Shown: positions 1 to 12,785 of the stretch, piece after piece
How the letters are laid out: each line of letters starts with the position of its first letter
How positions within the stretch are numbered: the first letter of the stretch is position 1
NCBI RefSeq assembly: GCF_964355755.1
Contig: NC_092678.1
Span: 6,030,422 to 6,094,421, forward strand
Reading direction: 5' to 3'
From: Antedon mediterranea
Lineage: Eukaryota > Animalia > Echinodermata
Length of the DNA stretch: 64,000 nt
Translations under genes and position numbers: made by a program
The notes under the pieces: model-generated
Databases searched by the model: none
What the model saw: the letters and a program-made list of their open reading frames with translations, nothing else
Told to the model about the DNA's origin: nothing

Positions 1-549
1 AGCATCTCCACAGACCTCATGATCTACTTTTCGGGCTCGCTCTTTGAAGAGAATAGGCTATTGTCATGTTAGTATTCTATAAGGCCTACTTACCTGGAAA
101 AAACCGACTTAGGCCTATACTCCTTAAAGAATGCGATAAAATTAGAAAATTCTTTAAACATCCATCAATAGAGAAAATCGCTACAAACCTCCATCATCAT
201 CACCTACTTTAGTTATACTCGATATTTGAGAATAGGACATTAAGATAGCCACAAAAAAAAATCATTAAAATCCTTTTTTTTTTACATTTTTACACATTTT
301 TAGTGTACAAAGGTGAGAATGATAAAAGACATTCTGTTGATCACATACCACTTCCTGAGGTTTAACAATACAATCGAACGAACTCCTTTAAGGAGGCTAC
401 AAGAACAATAGACTAAAATGTATATAAACCAAGCCTTGACCATATTGCACAGCCAGACAAAAGGATTAAAATTTCTCCAATACTAGCAAAGGGTATTAAA
501 GTTTATGCACCCCAATGGAGTAATATATATAACATATATAATGCAACAT

Positions 550-755
550 TTATATAGTGCTATTTCATGAAGATCAGAGCGCTGTGGACTTAGATGTTAC
601 ACCTTTTCAACAATATTCAGGGTCACATCGTGTCATCAGCAGCCAACTATGGCGCCATTACGTCTGTCCACGACAGTGTGATGTGTGTGAACTAGTACAC
701 CGGGGTAAACCCCTACTCGTCTCGAAAAATGTACTAGGTTCTTAAAAGTGCACAT
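550..755 (-). mobile_element. Deu-domain SINE, 3' part
   Basis: Reverse complement of 35555-35778 (shared gctatttcatgaagatcagagcgct and cccctactc). Confidence 0.7.
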
Positions 756-1304
756 TAAGTAATAATTAAGAAAAACTGAAAATTGGATTCCTAATTCCAA
801 AAAAGTTGTTTAACTTGTTTTTATAAGGCCCAAATAAAGTGGTTAAAGCTGCCCAAACCTGACCTATTCAAATATTCATTACGGTATAACTAAAACATGA
901 GACTGTTTCACAACAATTTGTTTTACAATGCGGCATCACATATCTATTACCGAACAATATTGTAAATTCATTTTAATTATTAATATTTTATATTATTCCA
1001 CTAAACTCATCTTCACATTTTTGTAATTGCTTGGAAATTAATTTCCGTATTATAAAACATGGCTTGAGTTTTTAATTTATCTAAAATAGAAATAATCTAA
1101 TAACTTGTATAATTAAAAATAATACGTGCCGTATCATGGATTTGAGATTACAATTCCCTATGAAGCTTCAATGAATACAGATTACCATCGTGAAAGGTAA
1201 GCACATAATTGGATAAAACTATACGGAATAAAACAACACTCTTAAATTAACTAGGGCACTATTCGAAACATTGTTAGACTTCCAAGTAGAATCTTAAAGG
1301 ACAA

Positions 1305-1640
1305 TGCCTCTGTTGAACCTACAACTTTGATGCGCAGAATTTAAAATGAACGAAAGAATTTGTAAAATAAACGAAAGTTGGGATGTGATGATATACGTAA
1401 CCATAACCTCTTCACTAGACTTTCTAAGTGGAATATCTAAAATCTAACACGTTGATGCGCAGAATTTAAAATGAAGTTACGCAAGAATTTGTAAGATAAA
1501 CTAAAGTTTGGCGTGATAATATACGTAACCATAATCTCTTCACTAGACTTTCCAAGTGGAATATCTAAAATCTAACACGTTGATGAACAGAATATAAAAT
1601 AAAGTTAGTAAAGAATTCAATTATATAAAACAAAGTTGGG
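1305..1640. repeat. Tandem repeat, ~125-bp unit, about 2.7 copies
   Basis: Repeated ttgatgcgcagaatttaaaatgaa...atacgtaaccataa.ctcttcactagacttt. Confidence 0.8.
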
Positions 1641-2534
1641 ACTTTAAAACACTCAAACTGTATGTGAAAAAAAATGTGATGTGCCCATACAGTATATTGA
1701 CACGATGATGTCATATTCCTACCATATTTGGGCACATCACACTTTTTTTGTCAAACCAGTTTGATAGTGTTTCAGTTCATTTCATCATTTATTCGGTCTA
1801 TTTCAGTATATACATAACAAAAAAAACTGAAATTGGGGAGACCAGGGAACTTAGCTCACTGTAGCTGAGCCGGTTGACCCAACCCCAAAGTCAGTTTACA
1901 CATAAAAGACAAATTACAGTTACAGCGAATCAAAATGAATATGAACTTTTATAATGATGGGCTTTCTAGGACTGCAGCATCTGTCAACGGGAAGCTGGTC
2001 CCAGACACAGGGTAACCGGATTGCTATAGAAATGTAGACAGAGCTTTAGGCTAGTGATCATATCACAGAGCTTTAGGCTAGTGATCATATCAAAAATTAT
2101 TCTACGTACTGTAGTTTACTGCAATAACTGCAGTAGATTTAATGAAATGTTTATTGTAGCTATTCAACAATAGGCTTACTACTACGATGATTTTTAATTC
2201 ATGATTGCATTTTTTCTTTCGGTTTTATATACACAGCTTAATTTCTTTCAGCCTCATTTCGTTCCATTTTATTACCCAGTCGTTTAAACAAATGGCTTCG
2301 CAACGTGCGCGCCGTTCCCTGGGGTTGGGACATTAATCACAGAAATGACTTTTAAACATTTCACCTATCCATTTATACAAAAAGGAAAACATTGAAAAGT
2401 ATATCGCTGAAGGATATATATGATTGACCTACGATGAGATATGAACCATTCACCTTCTAGAAGGCAGTTGTAGCATACAAGTACGCCACATAAATAACTG
2501 AATAATATAAGACTACTAGTAGAAAATTTGTATG

Positions 2535-3243
2535 CAAATGGATTGGTATTGATTAACCTAGATTGGTATTATTCATCAAAATTGACTAGTATGGTATTGA
2601 ACAAAATGGATTGGTATTGATCAAAATAGATTGGTATTGATCAAAATAGATTGGTATTGATCAAAATAGATTGGTATTGATTAACCTAGATTGGTAGTAT
2701 TCATCAAAATTGACTAGTATGGTATTGAACAAAATGGATTGGTATTGATCAAAATAGATTGGTATTGATTAACCTAGATTGGTAGTATTCATCAAAATTG
2801 ACTAGTATGGTATTGAACAAAATGGATTGGTATTGATCAAAATAGATTGGTATTGATCAAAATAGATTGGTATTGATCAAAATAGATTGGTATTGGTTAA
2901 AATTGACTGATATTGATCAAAATGAATTGGTATTAAACAAAACTGATTGGTATAATATTGATCAAAATGGATTGGTATTGATCAAAATGGATTGGTATTG
3001 ATCAAAATAGATTGGTATTGATCAAAATAGATTGGTATTGATTAACCTGAATTGGTATTGATCAAAATAGATTGGTATTGTTCAAAATAGATTGGTATTG
3101 ATAAATGAATTGGTATTGATCAAAATGAATTAGTATTAAACAAAACTGATTGGCATATTGATCAAAATAGATCGATATTGAACAAAATGGATTGGTATTA
3201 ATCAAAACAGATTTTTATTGATCAAAATGGATTTGTATTGATC
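2535..3243. repeat. Minisatellite, 20-bp unit
   Basis: (gattggtattgatcaaaata)n with variants. Confidence 0.95.
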
Positions 3244-3999
3244 ATTTACTGTACTTTACTGTATTTTAAGTAATAATTTATTTAATAATTATATTGAAAT
3301 TATTTTCAATCAATGGAATAATGTCTGTTATATATTATTGTTACCGTACATAAGTTTGAATTTCAGCTTTCATATATTGAACGTTCTTATAACCATGGAC
3401 ATCTCATTTCTTGAGGTTATTAAACTATATACAGTACTGTACCAACTAAGAAAATTTCAAACTAGCTCGGCAGTACATTAATACTTGAATTATTAAAAAT
3501 CCCCCAAATTGATTTTCAACAAATATCAATGAAACGAAGGTTTACCAAGTTTGACTGTTCTGAACACATCCACGTATCAACTTTCAGTTTGCGCTTAATG
3601 CGACGCCTCTTAATAATATATACATCATCGGGGAGTTTTAGCACTTAATAACTATGTTGGGAATATTTAAATGTCTTTTTAACATGCCAAATGTCAGTTA
3701 TCATGTACAGTTCTGTCTCCATCCATTAGAAGTATTTGTTAATATGTATCTCATCAATATATATAAACTTTTAAATGACACTTTTCTAATAACCTGCAGA
3801 GAATAGACAAGTAAATGCATATTTAAGCCAAAGTTATACTACTTTAATCATGTACATATAAACTTAAGCACTTATCAAAATTATTTAGGACATTTTGAGA
3901 GGTGTACTTCACTATAACTAATGGAAAAACAACAGGAATATAACAAATACTTGAAAACATTTGAGAAGCTAACATTAATAAGAATTAAATACAGATGAT

Positions 4000-4350
4000 A
4001 ATCTTCAACTTTGCGTCAGGGAGCTACAGTAAGTCAGATGATTTGCCCTACCCTGACGTACTGTAGTGTCAGCTATATATTCTTGTCCTTAAGCTTAACT
4101 GGAAACTGAGGCAACTCTACAGACCTACATCAGCCAGCAGTGAATGGCCTACCCAGTTCAGCACACCAGAAGATGATCCCATAGTGTACCATGTTCTTTA
4201 ACATGCACTGTATGTACACAACAGCTTTATGTTCCATCCAAAGGACAAGACAATGAGAATAAAGCATCTTGCCTGATAGAACAGATATGGCACAGAAAAG
4301 CTCAAACCCATGTCTATTATCACATGCTAGTTTGATTCCCTGATCATAAC
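4000..4350 (-). mobile_element. Degenerate SINE body (CORE-like + Deu-like)
   Basis: Minus strand ggcaagatgctttattctcattg...ttggatggaacataaagc...tgcatgttaaagaacatgg...ctggtgtgctg. Confidence 0.5.
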
Positions 4351-4371
4351 ATCACTCTCAGGTCTATAAAG

Positions 4372-4470
4372 CGATATTCTAAGATTATCGTCTTCCATCC
4401 AAGAATGCAACCAGGCCCGACGTTGCTTAACTGCAGTAATCTGATGATAACCAATGTTTCTGTATGGCCT
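4372..4470 (-). pseudogene. 5S rRNA-derived sequence (pseudogene or SINE3-type head)
   Basis: Minus strand ggccatac..aaaca.tggtt.tc.tc.gat.ac.gcagttaagcaacgtcgggcctggtt...cttggatgg..gac matches invertebrate 5S rRNA box A/C regions; degenerate. Confidence 0.7.
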
Positions 4471-5277
4471 TATATAATAATATACAAATATTAAACATGA
4501 TATCTAAAATAAAATAATTAGGGTATCCATCATTCTATACTAAATGAGGACCGCAAATATAATATTGTAAATAAATGAATAAATTATACACTGTTTCCCT
4601 CTTACTAAAAATATACAAAACTAAATCTATATTAAGTACATCTTGTGCTGAACAAACATTGTTCAAATCCAAAAAAAATAACCCCCAATCTGGACTTCCT
4701 GTTTTAATTTATGGTTCCTTTGGGAATACAATTCTTCCAGACGGAAACAGGTATTAGCTAGGATCAGACCTAGACGTTCAACTGATATACAGATAACATT
4801 TTCGTAACACAACATTTTTTTAAACATTGCTTTCATATTTTTACATTTCAGTTTTTTTTTTTAAATGGTTTTCAACACTATGGCCAAGACCTATTTAGGG
4901 GTTATCAGCTCCATTCAGGGGACATTCACATTAAGAGGACACATTGTTGGTTGGTAAAGATGTGCCCTTAATATGGGTACTACTGTATATTATTTAGCAA
5001 GATCTCACTTTTCGTATGTTTTTTCGATCTAATTTAAGACCATAAATTGCATTGTTTTTCTGTCATAATGATTAAATGTTTTTAAAGTAATATGGATTAT
5101 TTTCACAAAATGTTAACAATTATAGGGAAAGTGTTTTATAAGCTACTATCGTTTTTGTCTTATGAAACACCCTGTGCACAGACTGTGCAAAGATCACTTT
5201 CAGAAACGTAAAGACCCGGCCTTCTCATAGACTACATTACCTTTTATCAAAAGCACTTAAATCGAGATATAATTTAA

Positions 5278-6866
5278 ACTAGACATGAAACTCGTCACTT
5301 TGACGAGTTAGTTATCCGCACGAGAAACGCCACGTGCACGTCATACGTTGGAATATTGCACACAGAAAAAGATTATGGCATTATGACCTGAACTGAAGAA
5401 TATCATGTATTGTTAGTGCTGAATTCTGTCTATTTTGTGTCATATAGTATATACAGTATAATCTGTATACATATTACATACAGTGTAGAATAGGTGGAAT
5501 TACGGGACCCACCGTTTATTCCAATTTTTAACATGGCGACGGTATTCAAATTAAACACTAAGATAGCAATTTCGGAAGGACATTATCTCACCAACAACAT
5601 ATTAACGTGTAGAAGAAATTTGAATACGTAGAATATGGATGCCTGCTCGTTTAAATGTGATGAACTATGACGCAAAATATGAAAATACGACTTTTTTTAT
5701 TCAACTGGCCATATGATGACTTCACAACATCCGATTTGCAAAATGTTAACATTAATTCGTATCAACAGTCCAATAGCTTCCAGAAAACGTTTTAATCATA
5801 ATTATCACTTTTTGTTCTTACAAGCTATAACAGATTAAAATTTACTGTAAGAATGAAATTAATGACCCTGTTAATTATAATTTTTAGGCATGATGACGTC
5901 ATAAAAATTAAAATATTTTTAACTCATGCGTAAGATAGGTGATTGACCTAGACAATATTAAAATCTCGGAGAAAACGGAATACAGATAGGTGTAATGCGC
6001 TCCATTGAATATGATGAGCAATAACAAAAGAGACAAAAATCCTATATTTTACATTCGTGTGGCCATACGATGATGTCACAATGTCCGGTTAGCCATATTG
6101 ATTCATGATCCGATATCTACAACTCATCAACTTCCAGAATATGTAATTAAAAAAAAGTTCACCTCGTTGTTTAGAATCTATGACTGTTTAAAAAAAGGCA
6201 TAATTTTGACGAATTTTGACAAATTTTTTAACTTTTTCATCAAAAACGCACGTAAATTATCCAATTCAACGTGCCCGTATGACGTAATTTTAAGTCGAAA
6301 TTGTTTAAAAGTTGGTAAAATTACTAGAAAAGGCTGAAAAAACATAAATCACGCAAAAAAAATTGTTTTCAACACTACGTTCGCACCATGCGCGTAAAAA
6401 AATGCGCGCGCGTGGGAATTTTTTACATGCTCAAAATGACATGAAATGCGTAGAAAGTTGATTAGAAATTGATTTTTCGCATTTTGAAATTTTAAACGCG
6501 CGTGCACGCGTAACTTCGTGTGAAACATGCCATTTTTTTCCCATAGTCAGTTAGCGCAAGATATAACTTAAACTTTTGTTAAGTTTCATAATAAATTGTT
6601 ATATGGTTTTCGATCTATGTTAAATACGCGAAATTCGTAAAAACGCGCGTAAGTCATGTTGCGCAACTCTGAGGTCACTCAAAATAGGAGGTGCACAATT
6701 TCACGTAAATGCCCACATGTTGACAAAGTTATGAAATGTTATGTTTACACGTTTTTGAGTTACGCGAGACACAAAAATGACAGAAAGAAAGAAGAATACA
6801 GAAAAAAAAAAAGATGATGAAACAGGACAGTTACAAGGAGTTATCCGCTGAATGCGGATAACTAAT
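5278..6866 (+). mobile_element. Helentron/DINE-1-like non-autonomous element
   Basis: actag start, hairpin actcgtca-ctt-tgacgagt, subterminal agttatccgc repeated at the 3' end as a stem-loop (agttatccgc-tgaat-gcggataact); body homologous to 60639-61499. Confidence 0.6.
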
Positions 6867-9800
6867 AATTTTGCTTTCCAAAAGTAAAAATGGAACAATA
6901 AAAAAATGTCATTGTAAACTTTGGTATTTTTCAGTAGTAGGCATAAGTATCCCTGCACAGTCATATTTTCCCTTGACTTTTGTTTTGTCTGTTCTTCTTT
7001 GATGTAAAATTCTCTATTTTGGTTACTTTATTTATTCAATATTTTAAAAGGATTTTGATATTTTCATGTAATTATAACAATACTATTTATTGTATAATTC
7101 AACAAATTCAAAAAGTTGCAATAAAACTAATTCAGTTATACCTTTTAGAAATCCATAAATAAGATCTTTACTGCAGATTACTGTACCTGAATAATACCAG
7201 TATAAATAAGATTCTTTACAGCCTATAAATCAAGTCTGAGAAATAGTTAACGCATTAACGTGACACACAAGATAATATAGGTTAATCTCATTGTTAGTAA
7301 CAATGCATGATGACAAACCACTGTTTATCTGTAGATATGCCAGTAAGGCATTAAAATACAGTAGTTTAAATAATATTTATCATACAATACTACCTACAAC
7401 ACAATAGAACAACGTAGAATAGAATGTAATTCAGTATTTAAGTACAGTATTGTCAAATTTGATTTGATTCATGTTTATTTCTTCAAATCAATTTTATTGC
7501 ATGTTGATTAAACTAGTAGTATGCACTATTAACACCCTCCTCTGACGACCTGTAAAAATCCTGCGGTACAGCCTTGATTAATCATTAAACAAGAAATATT
7601 TCTTACAAAAAACGCTGCTCGCTTATTGAAAAATATTTTTTATTTCAATTTCAAATGTTTTTTAATGTGTCATTTTATTGTCACATAATAGTTATTTTAC
7701 CTGAAAAAATGTAATTTAAAGCAACAAATACTTAAATTGTCTGTCAGACAATGGTTTTTGGGTTTCTTTTCTTTTTTTATATGTGAATAAATATTATATT
7801 TTTGTTACAGAAGTGAATACTCAATTTCTGTCACTTTAGTTAATTTTATTGCTAAGGTCAAATCATTAAAAAAAGAAACTACAAACAATTTTTTTAAAGG
7901 CAAAGTGTATCTTGTGGCTCCTCAGTTTTTGTATGATTGTACTTATTCGATGTGCTATGCAAAATCATTATTATTATTATTACACCAGAATGGATCTTTA
8001 CAATTTGATTGGTTAATTCTGTATCATGGGCCTATCACTTATCAGTATTAGTTCTATTGCCCGGTAAAAGTTCTATTTAATGGTTCTATTGCATGGCATA
8101 GAATGTTGTGGTATGCGAAGCTGGCTACAAATAGGTGTTCAAAAACAACCTGTAGTGTTCACTGTTCTATTCTGCAGCCAAATCCGAGAGTTAATTTTTT
8201 TATTTTTTTAAATTTTTTTTTTTCTTTCTTCGACATTGATTCAAGATAGAATTGAAACAAATTTTACACTTAGAACTCTCATTTGCATTTGGTTGAATTT
8301 TTAAACATAGAAACATTCTCATAAATAAATTAAATATTCTAGACATATTTTATTTTTCTGGATACATGCGCCATAAGAGCACACCTTGATTCACGGCCAA
8401 GACATTGTATCCGCTTAGAACAGTTTGTTTTAATCTAGCATTGTGAATTTTACGATATCTCTATAGTTATGATATTAGCCAACGGAACAATTAATGTATT
8501 TGTGGTATACCACATGGAGAGAAAAAACAATCTATAAGGATATTATTTTTTCCTGGTCTGATTACTGTACTGTATATCTTGAAATCAAACATTCAGTTCA
8601 TTTTGTATGTAATAATAGTCTCATACAAGCACACCTAATTTTAAACTTTTCTTTTCATGTAATTTTCTCTTAAAAATAATACATTGTAGTTAATAACAGT
8701 TATAAATCTCATTAATTCATTTCACTTTCAGTTTGACAAAAAATGGTTTTTGTTAATAAAAATGAATAGTTTCGTTACATTCAATGTACAATATGTAATA
8801 AAACAGAAAGTAAAAATGGTTAATAAAAACTTTAATTTATATCAAATTCATTTATATCATTAATTAAAGATGTATTAAGAAAAATATTTTCTGTTTAATA
8901 TACAGTAATAACACTAACATTTTATAAAAACTTGTTATCAATAGTTGAGATTTCCCCTGAATAGCCATGTCTCAAAGAAATGGGTTCTATCTTTAAAATA
9001 CATGTATTTCACTAAAAAAAACTTAGATATGGAAGGCCTAATAAGACAAAAAAAGAATCTAGTTGTATACTTTAATCTTGTAATGAATATTCATGAAGAT
9101 GATGATATTCCTAAAGGCAAATGAATAAAATGAGAAAAAGAAATCTCAGAACTTGAGAAATTAAAATAATCAATTGAGCTCTAGTGTGAAAATGTGTACA
9201 TGGTTGTACATTGAATATTAAGTCGGAAATTTGGATTAGCCCTCCAGGGAGCGAAGGCAGCCACAGAGTAGCACTAACATGAGCAATAATCAGTGTTACT
9301 TGTGATGTTTATCTCGAACACACTCTAATTTTCTATAGAAACACAGACAAGAAAAGCAACCGTACAATTTCTAAGCTAAAATTACTTGAGGCTGGCGATC
9401 CATCTTCCTTTATGTCTGATGTAAGCTAGCGAAGAAACTATTTCAGGAACAGTTAACGATACAAAAAACGAGTACAGTAAATCTTGACCAACATATTGTT
9501 TGTATAATTTAATTCAGGCCAGAATATGAGCTTAAAAAACTACAATTTGATATGAAAATATGTATAATAAATATGTAATGTATTGTGATTTATGAAAATA
9601 TTTTATATAAATGACTATCTATATTTATACGATGAACGTTTGTGCAATTGTTCGTTACACATACATATATTTTTTTATTTGCACGCATCCATATTGACAT
9701 CAAAACGACCACAATTGTAATCGAAGTTGGTTGGCAATTTTTGTGGGAAATATATTGATATAATTATCTTATAATTTGGAATTAAGGAAAACAAATTGAC

Positions 9801-11598
9801 AGGGGGTAGAACTGGATAAAAAAAATATAAGCATGTGCTACCCTGCCGACCACTACGTAAAATCAAGCCATTGTTATAGCTCAGCCTAACTTATTATGCA
9901 ATTATTATCATGTATTGTCTGTTCACTGCAGCACGAAATTATACTGTCTGTATTAGTTACAATTACTTGTAGAATTGTCTCTCAGAGGAAATAGTTAAAA
10001 GGCGTAATTCCTTGCATCCAATTTTTCAACAAAATAAGACAAAAAATGGAATTGAACATATTGCATGGCGTTGTCAACCTTCACATATTTCCTGTAGAAA
10101 ATCATGACCTGGTTCGGTTCACACGTACACTCATTTGCTTCAAATTACACATTAGAATGCAATTGTAACCATGTTACGTTGATGAAGTTTAGATGAGTTA
10201 CGTCTTCACTTCTTGTATTAATTATGATTGGTCCCATTTGTTAGCTAATCTAGTTATGTATATTATGATTAGCATGAATATGCACAATTGAAAGTGATGC
10301 ACATAATCTATACAATTTCTATTATACAATAATGCCCTGTCATCAAACATTTGTGTTAAAAAGGCTTAAAATCTACCTTATTATATGATTTGCCCCTTTT
10401 GTTTACTAGTCTAGTTATTTTGATTGGCATAAATTTGCACAATTAAAAGTGATGCACATAATCATTTTTTTGGTATACACTAATGCACTGTCATTAAACA
10501 TTTTGTGCTAAAAGTCCTAAATCATAAAACTTTAGTTTAATATCCTCAGTTTATTTTATTTGTTTATTTATGTTATTTAAATATTGTTATGTTTTTGTAG
10601 AATATTAGACACTGTTTAAATAATAAATGCAATCACGATAGGAAAGATATTTGCGTTACTTTGTGTATGTCTAGATTATGCTAGAGTCGTTCTGTATACT
10701 ATAAGCACTCAAATCTTTTCATCTACTAACATTTTTAAATGTGTCTGTAAAACTGAAATGTACAGTTAAAGTGAAATGTACATTTAAGTATCAAATATAG
10801 CCAACAATAATTTAAACATAAACTTCAGATACAGACAGACACAATTTCAGAAGTGATTAAATTGATTTTTCATGTGTACAGTCCCACGAAACAACAAGAT
10901 TGATCTTGGCCTTCATGGTTAAATGAGGTTGACTTTTAACTATCAATATATTCAATATTCCCAACACAAAAACGATTTAACTATGCTCAAGAAAAATATG
11001 TTTTAACTATACTTTTAATATAGCCTTAGTTTTTAGTACGTTTTCATGTATACTATGTGAATATTTTGTACATTATTAAATGTTTGGTTTGGTAAAACTT
11101 GCTTTATCACAGCATTTTGTTAAATGCAAAAACCTAAATTATGTTTATGCTTTCCTCAATATGATGTGTAAATACATACAGAGTTTGTAAACATTTGTAG
11201 AATAATTCCTGGTTTGGCTAAACTTTCTTTATAAAGCATTATTAAGTTAAAATGCCAACATTCTTCTCAATACTGTATGTGTAAATATGTGTACATTTTT
11301 AATGTTTGGTTTGATAAAACTCACTTTACAGAATTTCTTTAACTGCAAAATCACAACTTTTATTTACACTGATCTATGTATAAACTAAATACTTAAACCA
11401 CATTAGTACAGTGATATATACAGAATAAAAAGAACAGAAGGGATTCCTGATGCTTCTAACCTCACTTAGGGATTAAATGTCAACCAATCCATAAGCTCAA
11501 GTTTGACTGCTTCAAGTGCTACAGTGTGCCCCAATAGTCCTCAGGGAAATAAGTTCCTATTGTTAAAATCATATAAACAAATAAAGGTGTTCACTTAC

Positions 11599-12785
11599 CC
11601 AGTGTGAGAATTGCAGGAGAAGAAATCGTATGATGTTTCAATGAACTTTACTTGAGTTAAAGTTGAAAGGATATAGATGGTTACCGATACATGGTCTTTA
11701 AAAAAAAAAAATGATGAATGAACAGTGCGATACAGTGACTGGTTACCATGGGAACATATGTAGATAGGGAGGCCTATTCAGTAGAACACCTAAATGTTTT
11801 ATAATATTATAACCCAAATTCAATGCACACCCTGATTGAGGGGATATTTTCTAATGAAGAGAACAAGAGGTAATATATTTATTTGTTCTTTATACCGGGT
11901 AACCTCTTCAGTAAAAAAAAAACTGTTCTCCCAGAGATCCACGTACACAAAATTATGTCTTATGTTTTACAGAAACACTGTTGGGTCCCGAAGGTATCTC
12001 TATAATAGAGATTCTAAATAATACCTAAAGTTACTAACATAAGTTACTAGTATACAAATAAAAGTTATTACCGGAATTATCAGGTACAGGCGGTAGCACA
12101 TCAGGACTTTCACAAGAAAGCGTCTGTTTTTTTAAAGTCGCCTCGCGTTCGGCACCGGTTCCATCAAATATGCAAAGATAAGTGCTATTCTCATTTACAG
12201 GTGGCAAATTTGTGAATTCAAATTTGAGCTAAAAAGATAAAAATTATCATTTGATTGATTAATTTCATATCACATGTTATTCAGTATTTAGTTTTATAAC
12301 ATAGATTCGTGTCATTTGATTAGAGGATTTTAGGTCACATGTTATTCAATAACTACTCCATTGAACTTTTACATCATCAACGGTGCAATTTCGTTATTTG
12401 CAAGTGCAATTCTATTATATGAAAGTGCAATCCTGTTATATGCAATTCCATTATGCAAGTGCAATTCCGTTATATGCAAGTGCAATTTTGTAATATGCCC
12501 ATTGAATTTCGTTATATGCGTTTTCATTCTTGTTACAATGCGTATTTTGGTACACACGACACAAGGCCATACTCGACTTTACATTGGTATCGGTTACTGG
12601 CAGGACAGGACATGGTAACCATGTACCATCCAGGTCAATAGATACTGGCTAATAACATTATTTAACTTACCGTTGATGCACCATCATTGTACGGTACATT
12701 TGGAGGTGAAACGCCATCAATTGCAATACAAATGTTATCGTAAGCAAGCCACGCACCCGACGAACAAGTATCGTATGTGCTACAC
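11599..12785 (-). CDS. Three stalk exons (PSI1 end / IPT) closely homologous to gene B exons 5-7
   Basis: [38 protein letters not shown]; LKFEFTNLPP...CESPDVLPPVPDNS; [31 protein letters not shown]; splice sites intact. Confidence 0.85.

Noticed and set aside
3546-3793. Candidate further exon of gene C (good acceptor ctgcag and donor gtaaac on the minus strand)
   Set aside because: Stops in all three frames and no plexin similarity.
12361-12641. Overlapping short ORFs
   Set aside because: Arise from a degenerate 21-bp repeat in the intron between stalk exons.
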